Source: Bacillota bacterium | Lineage (GTDB): Bacteria > Bacillota > Bacilli > Bacillales > Amphibacillaceae | Assembly (NCBI GenBank): GCA_035301345.1 | Contig: DATGUM010000037.1 | Location: forward strand, 21,289 to 85,288 | Direction: 5' to 3' | DNA: 64,000 nucleotides | Shown: positions 33,440-44,199 of the stretch, one piece after another | How positions within the stretch are numbered: the stretch's first letter is position 1 | Layout: each line of letters begins with the position of its first letter | Notes under the pieces: generated by a model | Told to the model about the DNA's origin: nothing | What the model saw: the letters and a program-made list of their open reading frames with translations, nothing else | Database searches by the model: none | Translations under genes and position numbers: made by a program

Positions 33440-34338
33440 GGTGTTTCATTTATTTTTTTAATTATTTTTTCATATAATTTTGGTCGTTCAATCGTAAACG
33501 TTAGTCGTTCTTTCGAGGATGGATGAGTAAACGTTAGTGACTTAGCAAACAATGCTTGCCCTTCTCCAATAATCCTCTTTCCACCATATCTTTCGTCATC
33601 AACAATCGGATGATTAATATAAGCCATATGTACGCGAATTTGATGTGTTCGGCCTGTTAATAGTTCACACTGTAAGATTGTATAATCAATGAACCTTTCC
33701 ACCACTTGAAATTTTGTTTGCGCTTGCTTTCCATGTTCAATAACAGTCATCTTTGTTCGATGATGCGGATCCCTTCCAATCGGAGCATCAATCATGCCCC
33801 TTTCGTGAAAGACATCGCCATGAACGATTGCTTCATATAAACGTACAACTTGTCTGCTTTTAAATTGTTCAGCGAGGTCTTCATGAATCCAATCTTCTTT
33901 TGCAATCACTAACAGACCGCTCGTATCTTTATCAATGCGATGAACAATACCCGGGCGATGCTCACCTGCAAATCGTGACAGTTTTTTTGAATGATGCATC
34001 ATAGCGTGCGCAAGTGTTCCAGTTTCATCATGACTTGCCGGGTGAACACTCATTCCTTTCGGCTTATTAATAACCATCAAATAATCATCTTCATACACAA
34101 CCGGAACATGAATGTCTTGAGCAAATGGTAGTATTGCTGTTTCTTCAGGAACTGTCACTATAATTTCATCGTTATACTCAATTTTATAATTTGATTTTAC
34201 ACGTTTACCATTGACACGAGCATATCCTTCAGTAATCCATTTCTGTATTTGCGACCTTGATTCATCTTCGTAATAATCAACCAAAAATTTATCAATACGT
34301 TGTCGTTGGTTATCTTTAGATACAATAAATCTATTCAT
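33436..34338 (-). CDS. rluD: RluA/RluD-family pseudouridine synthase (YlyB)
   Basis: S4 domain, [25 protein letters not shown] motifs. Confidence 0.92.
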
Positions 34339-34810
34339 CCTTGACTCCTTCACTATTCATTAATTTTTCTTCAAAGATAGTTAATAGCAAAATAATTCCC
34401 ACGCCAATGACTAATGCCGAATCAGCAATATTAAATATCGGGAAGTCATAATTAACAATCATAACATCTAAAAAGTCTACAACTTCTTGACGGAATAAAC
34501 GATCAATAAAATTACCAATCGCGCCTCCTAAAATAAGGCTTAAGCTAATACCTAATAGCAAATTGTTTTTCGCATATTTATGGAGATAATATACAATGAA
34601 TACGACAACAAAAGCTGTAACGACATAGAAGAACGTCATTTGTCCTTGTAATATTCCCCATGCTGCTCCCTCATTTCGATGAGACGTTATTGAAAAGAAA
34701 TTACCTAATACTGGAATCGATTCATGAAGGTCCATTTTCGTATCAATTATCCATTTCGTTATTTGATCAACAACAATGACCAGTCCCGCAAGTATATAAT
34801 ATAAATACAT
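34331..34810 (-). CDS. lspA: Lipoprotein signal peptidase II
   Basis: DQITK, NEGAAWG, GNFIDR, VVDF, FNIADS motifs. Confidence 0.96.
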   Translation of the reverse strand: MYLYYILAGLVIVVDQITKWIIDTKMDLHESIPVLGNFFSITSHRNEGAAWGILQGQMTFFYVVTAFVVVFIVYYLHKYAKNNLLLGISLSLILGGAIGNFIDRLFRQEVVDFLDVMIVNYDFPIFNIADSALVIGVGIILLLTIFEEKLMNSEGVKDE

Positions 34811-34900
34811 TCGTTTCCCCCAACCATTCAAAATTATCATACGATACTATATTACCATGTGTGTTTTAATATTTTAATTGAAAACAAAGTACACAAGAAA

Positions 34901-35920
34901 TTAATCTTTCTTGCTGAGCTCGACTACTCGTTCTTTACTAACACCGGTAATTTCTATAATTAAATCAATTGCCACCTGTTTTTCAAGTAGTCTTTTTACA
35001 ATTAATTCTTGCGCCTTAACCTTTCCTCGCTCGAGGCCCATTTCTAGACCTTGTTCTAAACCTTGTTCTAGGCCTTGCTCTAGACCTTGTTCTAAACCTC
35101 GTTTTAATCCTCGCTGAATTGCTTCTTTTTCTCGTAATTCTGCTTCCCTTAATGCAGCTTCTTCATCCATAACCTTTTTAAAGCGTGCTTCATATTCTAA
35201 CATTTCTTCCTCAGTACAACTTAATCGTTCCCAATTCTTAAATGCATGTTGTATTTTATCATCTTCCACTGCGAGCCCCTCCAGTTCTTTATAAATATCT
35301 TTATAAACGATTTCATTTCGATGATCGACCATAGCTAGAAGTAATAACCAACGTACTAATTTATCCTTTTGCGAATCTAATTGAGTATTTTTCCAAGTAG
35401 CAATAAATTTAGACATTTCTATAAAATGCATCTCGATACAATCTGTTAACTTTATGTTTGCAACGTCATCACGTAAATGAAAAGTTGTATGATATTGCTT
35501 CGCTTTAGTAAATAAATCAAAATTAAGAATGTTTATCGTAATAACTGGATTTAATTCCTTGTAAGACATACCTGTTGATAGTTGCGAGCGATAAATTCCT
35601 GACCAGTAATAGAGCGAGCGTTTGACCATGTCATATTTATTTGTAAATTGAATTTCTACATGTATTTTTTTGTTTTTTTCTGTTAAAACGAGCAAATCAA
35701 GTCTTGATTGTTTATCTTGCTTATACTCGCCACCCGCTTCAATATTATTAAATGTTAAATCTTTAATAGGTTCATAACCGGAATGTTGTAAAATAGCATT
35801 TAAAAAACTAATCGTTATTTCCTTTGTTTGTTCATTACCAAACAACTGTTTAAAAGCATAGTCAATTTTTAAATCCATTAAATCATTCAGTGGAATATGT
35901 GTAAGTAAATTTACTTTCAT
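34901..35920 (-). CDS. Rpn family recombination-promoting nuclease / PD-(D/E)XK putative transposase
   Basis: DLKIDYAFKQLFG, RLDLL, HVEIQ, RSLYY motifs; C-terminal GLEQ repeats and short helical tail; AAGGAG RBS before ATG 35920. Confidence 0.9.
   Translation of the reverse strand: MKVNLLTHIPLNDLMDLKIDYAFKQLFGNEQTKEITISFLNAILQHSGYEPIKDLTFNNIEAGGEYKQDKQSRLDLLVLTEKNKKIHVEIQFTNKYDMVKRSLYYWSGIYRSQLSTGMSYKELNPVITINILNFDLFTKAKQYHTTFHLRDDVANIKLTDCIEMHFIEMSKFIATWKNTQLDSQKDKLVRWLLLLAMVDHRNEIVYKDIYKELEGLAVEDDKIQHAFKNWERLSCTEEEMLEYEARFKKVMDEEAALREAELREKEAIQRGLKRGLEQGLEQGLEQGLEQGLEMGLERGKVKAQELIVKRLLEKQVAIDLIIEITGVSKERVVELSKKD
35027..35110 (-). repeat. 12-bp tandem repeat (7 degenerate units) encoding GLKR/GLEQx4/GLEM/GLER
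   Basis: Units such as TTGTTCTAAACC at 35051, 35063, 35075 and 35087. Confidence 0.9.
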
Positions 35921-36140
35921 AACTATTTCTCCTTTTATTATATCATTTTTTTGATTCACATTTTAATTTCTAATCATTCTTTTATACTTTCTACATACAT
36001 TAATGAAAGTACATATTAAAATCTAATCAAAATAATTGTTTTTTAGTGTGCACGATATAATAAAAAAAGTCATTTATAAAGCTAAATTTTTAAAAGTTAT
36101 TTATATTTGATACTAAATATCCGCTTTATAAAGAGTACAC

Positions 36141-36185
36141 AAAAAAACCTCCATCAGTTAGATTGTTATCAACTGATGGAGGTTT
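36141..36185 (-). terminator. ileS terminator
   Basis: AAACCTCCATCAGTT/AACTGATGGAGGTTT 15-bp stem with a U-tract. Confidence 0.85.
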
Positions 36186-36203
36186 AGCAAAGCTTCAACT
36201 TAT

Positions 36204-38963
36204 TTATTCACTCACGTAATGTTCTTTAACGATCGATGAACAACGTGTACAAATTGTTGGGTATTCTTCATCTTCTCCTACTGTCTCTGCTATCATCCAG
36301 CAACGCTCACAAGTTTCTCCTGGATGTTTTTCAACATGTACATTAACACATTTATATTCTTTCGCATATGGATTATCTTTCGTTACTTCTACACCTGAAA
36401 CGATTAACATTTGGTGCAAGTAAGGAATTGACTGTAACACTTTCTCAGTTTCCTCATCATGTGCTGAAATAGTTACTTTTGCTTCGAGTGATTTCCCGAT
36501 AACTTTCTCATCACGAGCCTCTTCTAATGCTTTTAAAACATCACTTCTTACGTCCATGAAATGTTTCCACTTATCTTTCATTCCTTCATCCTCAAAAATA
36601 GTGACAGGTTCTGGAATGTCAGTTAATTGAGCATAATCCGCTTCCGTGTTAGGTATGTGTTCCCACACTTCTTCAGCAGTATGTGGAATGATTGGCGCGA
36701 TTAACTTAACTAATGTCACTAACGTGTCATAGTATACTGTTTGAATACTGCGACGACGTTCGTTATCCTGTGATTCAATATATAAAACATCTTTTGCAAA
36801 GTCTAAGTAAAATGAACTTAGTTCAACCGCACAAAAATCGTGAATCTTTTGGTAAACTGCTGAGAAGTCATATCGATCATATGCAGAACGAACGTCTGTT
36901 AAAATTGTCTGCAGGCGATCAAGCATGTACAGATCAACTTCTTGTAAGTCTTCTTTTTTAACACGATTTACTTCAGGATCAAAGTCAGCGACATTCGCTA
37001 ACATAAAACGGAACGTGTTACGGATTTTACGATAGCCTTCTGATACTTGACGTAAAATATCATCAGAAATTCTTACGTCCGCTTGATAATCTACAGATGA
37101 TACCCAGAGGCGTAAAATATCTGCTCCTAGTTGCTTGAGTACTTTTGAAGGTACCATGACGTTACCGAGTGACTTACTCATCTTTCTTCCATTACCATCT
37201 AATACGAATCCATGACTGACAATTGATTGATATGGTGCTTTTCCAGTCACTGCAACAGATGTTGTTAACGATGAGTTAAACCAACCACGATATTGGTCAG
37301 AACCTTCTAAATAAATATCAGCAGGTCTTTGTTGATCAGGTCGACTGTTTAAAACTCCTTCATGTGATGAGCCTGAATCAAACCATACGTCCATAATATC
37401 TGTTTCCTTTGTAAACTTGCCATTCGGACTATGTTCAGACGTAAATCCTTCAGGTAATAAATCTTTCGCTTCACGATCAAACCATACATTCGAACCGTGT
37501 TCTGCAAACAATTCTGCAACGTGGCTTATCGTTTCATCTGTAATAATTGGTGTTCCGTCCTCACCGTAAAAGACTGGAATTGGAACCCCCCATGTTCTCT
37601 GACGTGAAATACACCAATCTTCACGATCACGGAACATGTTATACATACGTTGCTCTCCCCAAGATGGATGCCATGTAACTTCATTGATCTGTTCTAAAAT
37701 ATCATCTCTAAAGTCTTTAATCGATGTAAACCATTGGGCTGTCGCACGTGTTATTGTTGGTTTTTTCGTTCGCCAGTCATGTGGATATGAGTGTGTAATA
37801 AAAGATAACTTCAGTAAAGCACCTTTTTCCTCGAGCATTTCAGTAATCGGTTTATTTGCTTCATCATAAAACACGCCAGCAAAGCCCGGTGCTTCATCTG
37901 TTAAATATCCTTTATCATCCACAGGACTTAGTGGTTCAATATCGTATGCTCTCGCTACGTAAAAGTCTTCTTCACCGTGCCCAGGCGCTGTATGAACACA
38001 GCCCGTTCCTGCATCTATTGTTACGTGCGAACCAACCATTACAAGTGAATCACGATCATAAAATGGATGTTTAGCTACAACGCGATCAGCGTCTACTCCT
38101 CTAAATGACTGGATAACTTCTGCATGTTCCCACTCGAATGTTTCAATTAAATCTTCTAATAAGTCATGAGCGACAATATATTTTTCACCTGCTACTTGAA
38201 CGACTACATATTCTAAATCAGGGTGTAATGCAATTCCTAAGTTCGCAGGAAGCGTCCAAGGTGTCGTCGTCCAAATAATAAACTTAGCACCTTCTTCTAA
38301 CAAACCTTTTCCATCAGTTACTTCAAAGCTAACGTAAATGGACGGAGAACGTTTATCCTGATATTCAATTTCTGCTTCTGCTAAAGCTGATTCTGATGAA
38401 GGTGACCAATGAACGGGACGGAACCCTTTATAAATATATCCTTTCTTAGCCATCTCACCGAATACTTTAATTTGTGCTGCTTCATAATCGTTCGTTAAAG
38501 TAATATACGGGTTATCCCAATCTCCACGAACACCGAGCTCTTTAAATTGTTCACGCTGATTATTCAATTGTTCCATCGCATAGTCAGCACACATTTGTCT
38601 GAATTCTGAAATTGAAAGTTCTGAACGTTTTACTTTATTGTTTTTAGTTAAAGCTGTTTCAATCGGCAAGCCGTGTGTATCCCAACCAGGAACATAAGGT
38701 GCATGATATCCTGCCATTGATTTATATCTCGTAATAAAATCTTTCAAAATTTTATTTAGTGCGTGACCAATGTGTAAATCACCATTAGCATAGGGAGGTC
38801 CATCGTGTAATATAAAAAGTGGTCTTCCTTCTGTTCGTTTTAATGACTTTTCATATAAATTATTTTCTTCCCATTCTTCTCTTCTTAATGGCTCCTTATT
38901 TGGTAAATTACCACGCATAGGAAATTTTGTTTTCGGCATCTGTAACGTTTCTTTATAATTCAT
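36204..38963 (-). CDS. ileS: Isoleucyl-tRNA synthetase (type 1)
   Basis: [28 protein letters not shown]-terminal CERCW...CTRC Zn site. Confidence 0.98.
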   Translation of the reverse strand: MNYKETLQMPKTKFPMRGNLPNKEPLRREEWEENNLYEKSLKRTEGRPLFILHDGPPYANGDLHIGHALNKILKDFITRYKSMAGYHAPYVPGWDTHGLPIETALTKNNKVKRSELSISEFRQMCADYAMEQLNNQREQFKELGVRGDWDNPYITLTNDYEAAQIKVFGEMAKKGYIYKGFRPVHWSPSSESALAEAEIEYQDKRSPSIYVSFEVTDGKGLLEEGAKFIIWTTTPWTLPANLGIALHPDLEYVVVQVAGEKYIVAHDLLEDLIETFEWEHAEVIQSFRGVDADRVVAKHPFYDRDSLVMVGSHVTIDAGTGCVHTAPGHGEEDFYVARAYDIEPLSPVDDKGYLTDEAPGFAGVFYDEANKPITEMLEEKGALLKLSFITHSYPHDWRTKKPTITRATAQWFTSIKDFRDDILEQINEVTWHPSWGEQRMYNMFRDREDWCISRQRTWGVPIPVFYGEDGTPIITDETISHVAELFAEHGSNVWFDREAKDLLPEGFTSEHSPNGKFTKETDIMDVWFDSGSSHEGVLNSRPDQQRPADIYLEGSDQYRGWFNSSLTTSVAVTGKAPYQSIVSHGFVLDGNGRKMSKSLGNVMVPSKVLKQLGADILRLWVSSVDYQADVRISDDILRQVSEGYRKIRNTFRFMLANVADFDPEVNRVKKEDLQEVDLYMLDRLQTILTDVRSAYDRYDFSAVYQKIHDFCAVELSSFYLDFAKDVLYIESQDNERRRSIQTVYYDTLVTLVKLIAPIIPHTAEEVWEHIPNTEADYAQLTDIPEPVTIFEDEGMKDKWKHFMDVRSDVLKALEEARDEKVIGKSLEAKVTISAHDEETEKVLQSIPYLHQMLIVSGVEVTKDNPYAKEYKCVNVHVEKHPGETCERCWMIAETVGEDEEYPTICTRCSSIVKEHYVSE

Positions 38964-38996
38964 TTATATTTCCTCCTATAATTTATCGCTATCAAT

Positions 38997-39235
38997 AAAA
39001 AAATCTTCTACATCCCCAAAGGGACGAGAAGACTCGCTATACCACCCTTATAAATTTATGTACATAAATTTATTTGAATATAAGCTCGTAACGTGAACAT
39101 ATGCGTCCTAATCTACTTCATTTTCGATTGGATACTCCAGAGTGATTTTCAAGTAAGATAGTCCATATTAGGCTTCCACCATCCCTAACTCGCTTGCTAG
39201 AACAACATCTTATCTACTGTCTCTTTCTTCGTTTT
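38997..39235 (-). ncRNA. T-box riboswitch (Ile specifier)
   Basis: Stem I with AGTA and GGTGGAA motifs, specifier loop GAAAATCAC (AUC at 39146-39144), T-box AAGGGTGGTATAGCG, antiterminator and terminator with U-tract. Confidence 0.93.
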
Positions 39236-39257
39236 TTATATTCAGTTATTTATTAAA

Positions 39258-39286
39258 ATTATATGTAAACTTCTTATAAACGTCAA
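39258..39286 (-). promoter_or_regulatory. Sigma-A promoter of the T-box-ileS leader
   Basis: TTGACG-17-TATAAT. Confidence 0.8.
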
Positions 39287-39307
39287 GATATTGGTATATA
39301 GTAGCTT

Positions 39308-39829
39308 TTATTCTTCATTTTCCGTTAACTCTACGTCTACATCTAAATCAAGATCTTCACCAATGTCTAAATCAAATAGCTCGTCCCAATCATCCGTTGA
39401 AATCATGTCCAATTGAGCTTGTACGAGGTTTTTCATTCGTGAACGAAATACTTTACCTTGCTTTTTTAAATCTTCAATTTCCATATAGACCTGGCGCGAT
39501 TTATTTAACGCCTCATTAACAATACGATCGGCATTTTTTTCTGCTTCTTTAATAATAAGACGAGATTCTTTACGAGCATTTGAAGTTACTTCTTCAGCAG
39601 TTTCTTGAGCAACTACAATTGAACGATTTAATGTTTCTTCAATATTTGTAAAATGTCCGACGCGCTCATCCAATTTCTCAACCTTTTCTTTTAATGATTT
39701 TGCTTCTCTAATTGACAACTCATAATCTTTAATCACTTGATCCAAAAATTCATTCACTTCATCTTCATCATACCCACGAAAGCTTCGCGTAAATGTTTTG
39801 TTATGTATATCTAGCGGTGTTAATGGCAT
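39308..39829 (-). CDS. divIVA: Cell division protein DivIVA
   Basis: MPLTPLDIHNKTF.RSFRGYDEDEVNEFLDQV, then coiled coil. Confidence 0.96.
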   Translation of the reverse strand: MPLTPLDIHNKTFTRSFRGYDEDEVNEFLDQVIKDYELSIREAKSLKEKVEKLDERVGHFTNIEETLNRSIVVAQETAEEVTSNARKESRLIIKEAEKNADRIVNEALNKSRQVYMEIEDLKKQGKVFRSRMKNLVQAQLDMISTDDWDELFDLDIGEDLDLDVDVELTENEE

Positions 39830-39861
39830 AGAAGCCACCTCCTAGCGATAATTGTATCTCT

Positions 39862-40641
39862 TTATTTTAACATACCTGCAGTCATACGTGTACGACCTTT
39901 CCTCGTTAATCCTTCATGAATGTATATGACTTTACTTCGACCTAATCCACGAACAGAAATCAAATCACCTTCATAAACTGTAAACTTTGCGTCAGAAACA
40001 GTTTTAAAATTAACTTTTACATTTCCTCTCGAAATATGCATTGCAGAAACTTTACGAGATAAATGATAAATCTCAGTAATCACACCATCTAATCTTAATG
40101 ATGATACGTAATGTTCACTTTCTCGCCAATCTTCTTTTCGTTCAATGACTTCATTCATTTGTTGCTCGCGTAATTGAATATTAGCTTTCTTAATTTTAAT
40201 TAAATTTGCAATAATAAATGGAGCAATGTCATTATCAGTAATGATTTGCATATTCCCATCGGCAACATAAATATCGCCGAGCTTTTGCCTCGTTACTCCT
40301 AATGACATAAAGGCTCCCATGACATCACGGTGTTCTATCGTCATAAATTTACTCGCATAGTTTGCTTGTAATAACCTTAAGTTAAATAAACCTTCTTCAA
40401 TCGTATCATAGTAGGGTGCAATAATTGCTCGCTTTCTTTCAGCATTGTTTGCCCCTCCAGAAAAGTGAACCTTTAAATCTGTACTGTTTTCCCCGATAAC
40501 CATAAGCACCATTTGTTGTTCTCTCGGATCTAAAAAATCTGTTAAATGATAACGATAAGTTTTTAAAACGATATCTTTTATCGATAGTATATGATCAATA
40601 AATGGGTGCTCTTCTTCTCGAAAGTGTTGATATATAGACAT
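39862..40641 (-). CDS. ylmH: S4 RNA-binding protein YlmH
   Basis: IYQHFR, TDFLDPRE, SLRLD, GDLISVRGLGR motifs. Confidence 0.92.
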   Translation of the reverse strand: MSIYQHFREEEHPFIDHILSIKDIVLKTYRYHLTDFLDPREQQMVLMVIGENSTDLKVHFSGGANNAERKRAIIAPYYDTIEEGLFNLRLLQANYASKFMTIEHRDVMGAFMSLGVTRQKLGDIYVADGNMQIITDNDIAPFIIANLIKIKKANIQLREQQMNEVIERKEDWRESEHYVSSLRLDGVITEIYHLSRKVSAMHISRGNVKVNFKTVSDAKFTVYEGDLISVRGLGRSKVIYIHEGLTRKGRTRMTAGMLK

Positions 40642-40652
40642 TTTTCACACCC

Positions 40653-40919
40653 TTAAAATATGAGCATACGAAACAATTCAAGTAAACCTCTTCTCGCTAA
40701 ATGTATCACCAATATACCAACAATTGGTGATATATCAATCATACCAAGTGGAGGAATAAACTTTCTAAATTGCTCTAAATATGGTTCACAAATTCTTGAT
40801 AAATAATAGCCAAAAGCAGACTCTCGTGCTCCTGGGAACCAGGACATTAAAATATACACGAGCAGACCATAACTGTAAAATAAAAATGCCATGTCTAGTA
40901 TGTTATATAATTGGATCAT
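40653..40919 (-). CDS. ylmG: YggT family membrane protein YlmG
   Basis: ILMSWFP...ICEPYL..FRKFIPPLGMIDISPIV. Confidence 0.93.
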   Translation of the reverse strand: MIQLYNILDMAFLFYSYGLLVYILMSWFPGARESAFGYYLSRICEPYLEQFRKFIPPLGMIDISPIVGILVIHLARRGLLELFRMLIF

Positions 40920-40925
40920 GTTGTC

Positions 40926-41354
40926 TTACCATCCTTTTTCAAATTCATCCCCACTCACAATGGATTCAGAAATAGAACCAGAAACTTCGACATTATCCGG
41001 CGTGCATAAAAATGTTTCAGCTCCTAATTTTTGTATGTCTCCATTAACAGCATATACAGTTCCACTCAAAAAGTCGACAATACGGACTGCTTGTTGATGA
41101 TCCACACGTTCTAAGTTAATAACGACAGCTCTTCGATTAATTAAATTGTCAGCAATTTCCTGAGCTTCACTATATGTTCGTGGTTCACATAATACGACTT
41201 TAGATGTCGGTTGCTTCATACTCGTTAAGTTAACAACATTTTTCTGTTCTTCTGAATGATGCTCGAACTCGTTTTCTTCTGGATAAACTTCTTCGACATA
41301 CTCGTACTCATCTTCTACAGTAAACAGTGATTTAAATTTGTTTTTTAAACTCAT
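40926..41354 (-). CDS. sepF: Cell division protein SepF
   Basis: [30 protein letters not shown] motifs. Confidence 0.95.
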   Translation of the reverse strand: MSLKNKFKSLFTVEDEYEYVEEVYPEENEFEHHSEEQKNVVNLTSMKQPTSKVVLCEPRTYSEAQEIADNLINRRAVVINLERVDHQQAVRIVDFLSGTVYAVNGDIQKLGAETFLCTPDNVEVSGSISESIVSGDEFEKGW

Positions 41355-41369
41355 TTTTTTCACCTCTTT

Positions 41370-42044
41370 TTATTGTGTACCTACTAAGTCTGATCCAATC
41401 CTAATATGCGTCGCGCCTTCTTCTATAGCAATTTCAAAATCATTACTCATTCCCATAGATAAATACTCACACGGGGCATACGATAATTTTTCTCTTTTAA
41501 CTTCATCTCTTAATGTCGCTAACTTTCGGAAATTATTACGTAAAACTTCCTCATCCTCAACATGTGGCGCCATCGTCATTAATCCAACCACTCTAACTTT
41601 TTCATAAGGCTCCAACTGTTTAATAAACGGAATAACTTCTTCTGGTGATAAACCGTGCTTAGATGCTTCTCCACTAACATTCACTTGGATGAAGCAATCA
41701 AGTGTTTTTTCTGAGCGACTATTAATTTGTTTAGCAACTGATACACGATCCAGTGAGTGAATCGCAGCAACTTTATTCACTACTTCTCTCACTTTTCTCG
41801 ATTGTAACGTACCAACAAAATGCCAATTTGCTTTATCGTTTATTTGTTCATACTTACGTAACATCTCGTCTGTACGATTTTCACCAACATTTATAAGACC
41901 GGCAGCAATTGCTTCCTCTGTTCGTTCTATTGTAACATATTTCGTTACAGCAATGATTGTTATTTCATCCGGGCTACGATTCACTCTTTCACATGCTTCA
42001 TTTACTTTCTTTTGAATATTTTCTAAGTTTCCTTTTACGCTCAT
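41370..42044 (-). CDS. ylmE: PLP homeostasis protein YggS/YlmE
   Basis: IAVTK, GENR, WHFVGTLQ, LSMGMSND, GATHIRIG motifs. Confidence 0.95.
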   Translation of the reverse strand: MSVKGNLENIQKKVNEACERVNRSPDEITIIAVTKYVTIERTEEAIAAGLINVGENRTDEMLRKYEQINDKANWHFVGTLQSRKVREVVNKVAAIHSLDRVSVAKQINSRSEKTLDCFIQVNVSGEASKHGLSPEEVIPFIKQLEPYEKVRVVGLMTMAPHVEDEEVLRNNFRKLATLRDEVKREKLSYAPCEYLSMGMSNDFEIAIEEGATHIRIGSDLVGTQ

Positions 42045-42061
42045 CTTAAATTTGTCTCTCC

Positions 42062-42883
42062 TTATTTTAATTCATCAACAATACCTATAAACGCTAACAT
42101 TCTCCCTGTTTTCCCATTATCTCTTCGATAAGAATAAAATAATTGCTCATGTTCGTACGTACAATAAGTCGTTATATCTATATTATTACGCATAACACCG
42201 TTTTGTAAAAGTATTTCAACATTTAATTGCTTCAAATCTAACAAATATTTACCTTCACCTTTATCTGTTACGACTTTACTTACGAAATTTTCATCAATAT
42301 GTTTGATGACGTGGTCATTCACTTCGTAATTCATTTTAGAAATGCATGGACCTATTGCTACAAATAAATCTTCCATTTGGCTACCTAATTGAACGAAGCT
42401 TTTCACCATCTGTGCACCAATCTCTTTTACAGTTCCTTTCCAACCTGCATGCGCTATTCCTACGATATTTAACCGTTTATCATAGAAAAACAGTGGCACA
42501 CAATCGGCAAAGAACGCTGTGCATAAAATGTTAGACTCAGTCGCTATAAGTCCATCTATTTCTCCTAGAGCTGACTGAACAGATTCTGTTCCTTTATTGC
42601 GGTCAGCTTTCGTTACGTGCTTAATCTTAATATCGTGAACTTGCTCTCCGCACACCCAATGATTGAGTGGCACTTTTAACTCTTGTGCTAAATGATGGCG
42701 ATTATTAATGACATTTTCATTTTTATCATTTACATGTAAACCTAAGTTTAATGTTTCATAAGGATGTTCACTAACCCCGCCATTTTTTGTCGTAAACCCT
42801 ACTTTTAACCGTTTATTATGTTCAATCCATTGACATATTTCTAAATAAGATTCATTTGTTCGTTTAAATATTTCTTGAACCAT
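42062..42883 (-). CDS. pgeF: Peptidoglycan editing factor PgeF (YlmD)
   Basis: QVH, ADCVP, AHAGWKGT, IGPCI, YSYRR motifs. Confidence 0.93.
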   Translation of the reverse strand: MVQEIFKRTNESYLEICQWIEHNKRLKVGFTTKNGGVSEHPYETLNLGLHVNDKNENVINNRHHLAQELKVPLNHWVCGEQVHDIKIKHVTKADRNKGTESVQSALGEIDGLIATESNILCTAFFADCVPLFFYDKRLNIVGIAHAGWKGTVKEIGAQMVKSFVQLGSQMEDLFVAIGPCISKMNYEVNDHVIKHIDENFVSKVVTDKGEGKYLLDLKQLNVEILLQNGVMRNNIDITTYCTYEHEQLFYSYRRDNGKTGRMLAFIGIVDELK

Positions 42884-42932
42884 ACGTCCACCTTCATTCC
42901 GCAATTTTTAAAAACACGGCTCACACATTCAT

Positions 42933-42965
42933 AAAAAAGGAAACCAGTTATCAACTGGTTTCCTT
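42933..42965 (-). terminator. ftsZ terminator
   Basis: AAGGAAACCAGTT/AACTGGTTTCCTT stem with a U-tract. Confidence 0.8.
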
Positions 42966-43001
42966 GTTACGATAGCTTTATGAACTAAATATACATCGGC
43001 T

Positions 43002-44144
43002 CTATCGGTTTCGATTTCGATTTCTTAAAAATGTAGGAATATCTAAAGTATCCTCATCTTCAAATGATGATTGTTCTTCCGTCACTTGATTATTTTCATC
43101 TTTTACTTGTTCTTGAGGTTCTGGGCGACTTTGATTTTGACGGATAACTGGTCGGTAATTTCCAGACTGTCCTTTTTTCGGTTGAGAAACTTCAGTAAAC
43201 CCAGTTGCGATAACTGTTACAATAATTTCATCATTTAAGTCTTCATTGATAACCGAACCAAAGATAACATTAACTTCTTCATCCGCAGCTGACGTAACTA
43301 AATCAGCAGCTTCTTGAACTTCATATAAACTTAAGTTCATACCACCAGTAATATTCATCAATATGCCTTGAGCGCCATCAATAGATGTCTCTAAAAGAGG
43401 TGATGATATAGCCTTTTTAGCCGCTTCTGTTGCACGCGTTTCTCCTGTTGCAACACCAATTCCCATCAAGGCAGATCCTTTATCAAACATGATTGTTTTG
43501 ACGTCTGCAAAGTCTACGTTAATAAGTCCTGGTTTCGCAATAAGATCTGAAATACCTTGTACCCCTTGACGTAAGACATTATCTGCTTCACTAAATGCCT
43601 CAAGCATTGGCGTGTTTTTATCAACAATTTCTAGTAAACGATCATTAGGAATAACAATGAGCGTATCAACGTTCTCTTTCAGTGAATCAATTCCACCGTG
43701 AGCTTGTGTTGAACGTCTTCTTCCTTCAAATGAAAATGGACGCGTAACTACTCCTACTGTTAAAGCTCCAAGATCTTTTGAAATTTGAGCGATGACAGGA
43801 GCTGCTCCAGTTCCTGTTCCTCCACCCATACCTGCTGTAACAAAAATCATGTCAGCACCTTTAAGTGCTTCTTCAATTTGTTCTTTACTTTCTTCCGCTG
43901 CTTTCTTTCCAACTTCAGGGTTAGCACCTGCACCTAATCCTCTCGTTAGTTTGCCGCCAATTTGTAATTTTATTTCTGCTTTTGATAAATTTAAAGCTTG
44001 TGCATCCGTGTTAACTGCAATAAATTCAACACCTTCTACACCATGCTCTATCATTCGATTAACAGCATTATTTCCACCACCGCCAACGCCAATTACTTTT
44101 ATCGTAGCTTGGTGATCTAGCTCTGTATCAAACTCTAACATCAT
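43002..44144 (-). CDS. ftsZ: Cell division protein FtsZ
   Basis: GGGTGTG tubulin motif; C-terminal DIPTFLRNR. Confidence 0.99.
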   Translation of the reverse strand: MMLEFDTELDHQATIKVIGVGGGGNNAVNRMIEHGVEGVEFIAVNTDAQALNLSKAEIKLQIGGKLTRGLGAGANPEVGKKAAEESKEQIEEALKGADMIFVTAGMGGGTGTGAAPVIAQISKDLGALTVGVVTRPFSFEGRRRSTQAHGGIDSLKENVDTLIVIPNDRLLEIVDKNTPMLEAFSEADNVLRQGVQGISDLIAKPGLINVDFADVKTIMFDKGSALMGIGVATGETRATEAAKKAISSPLLETSIDGAQGILMNITGGMNLSLYEVQEAADLVTSAADEEVNVIFGSVINEDLNDEIIVTVIATGFTEVSQPKKGQSGNYRPVIRQNQSRPEPQEQVKDENNQVTEEQSSFEDEDTLDIPTFLRNRNRNR

Positions 44145-44199
44145 TTAGTTCCTCCTAATATGGATAGCTACTTATATACAATCCATCAATATTTCTTTA

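Noticed and set aside
35027-35110. 12-bp repeats as a CRISPR array
   Set aside because: Contiguous in-frame coding repeats with no spacers and no cas genes.
34901-35920. Rpn gene as an active insertion sequence
   Set aside because: No terminal inverted repeats or target duplication, and Rpn proteins are not shown to be transposases.
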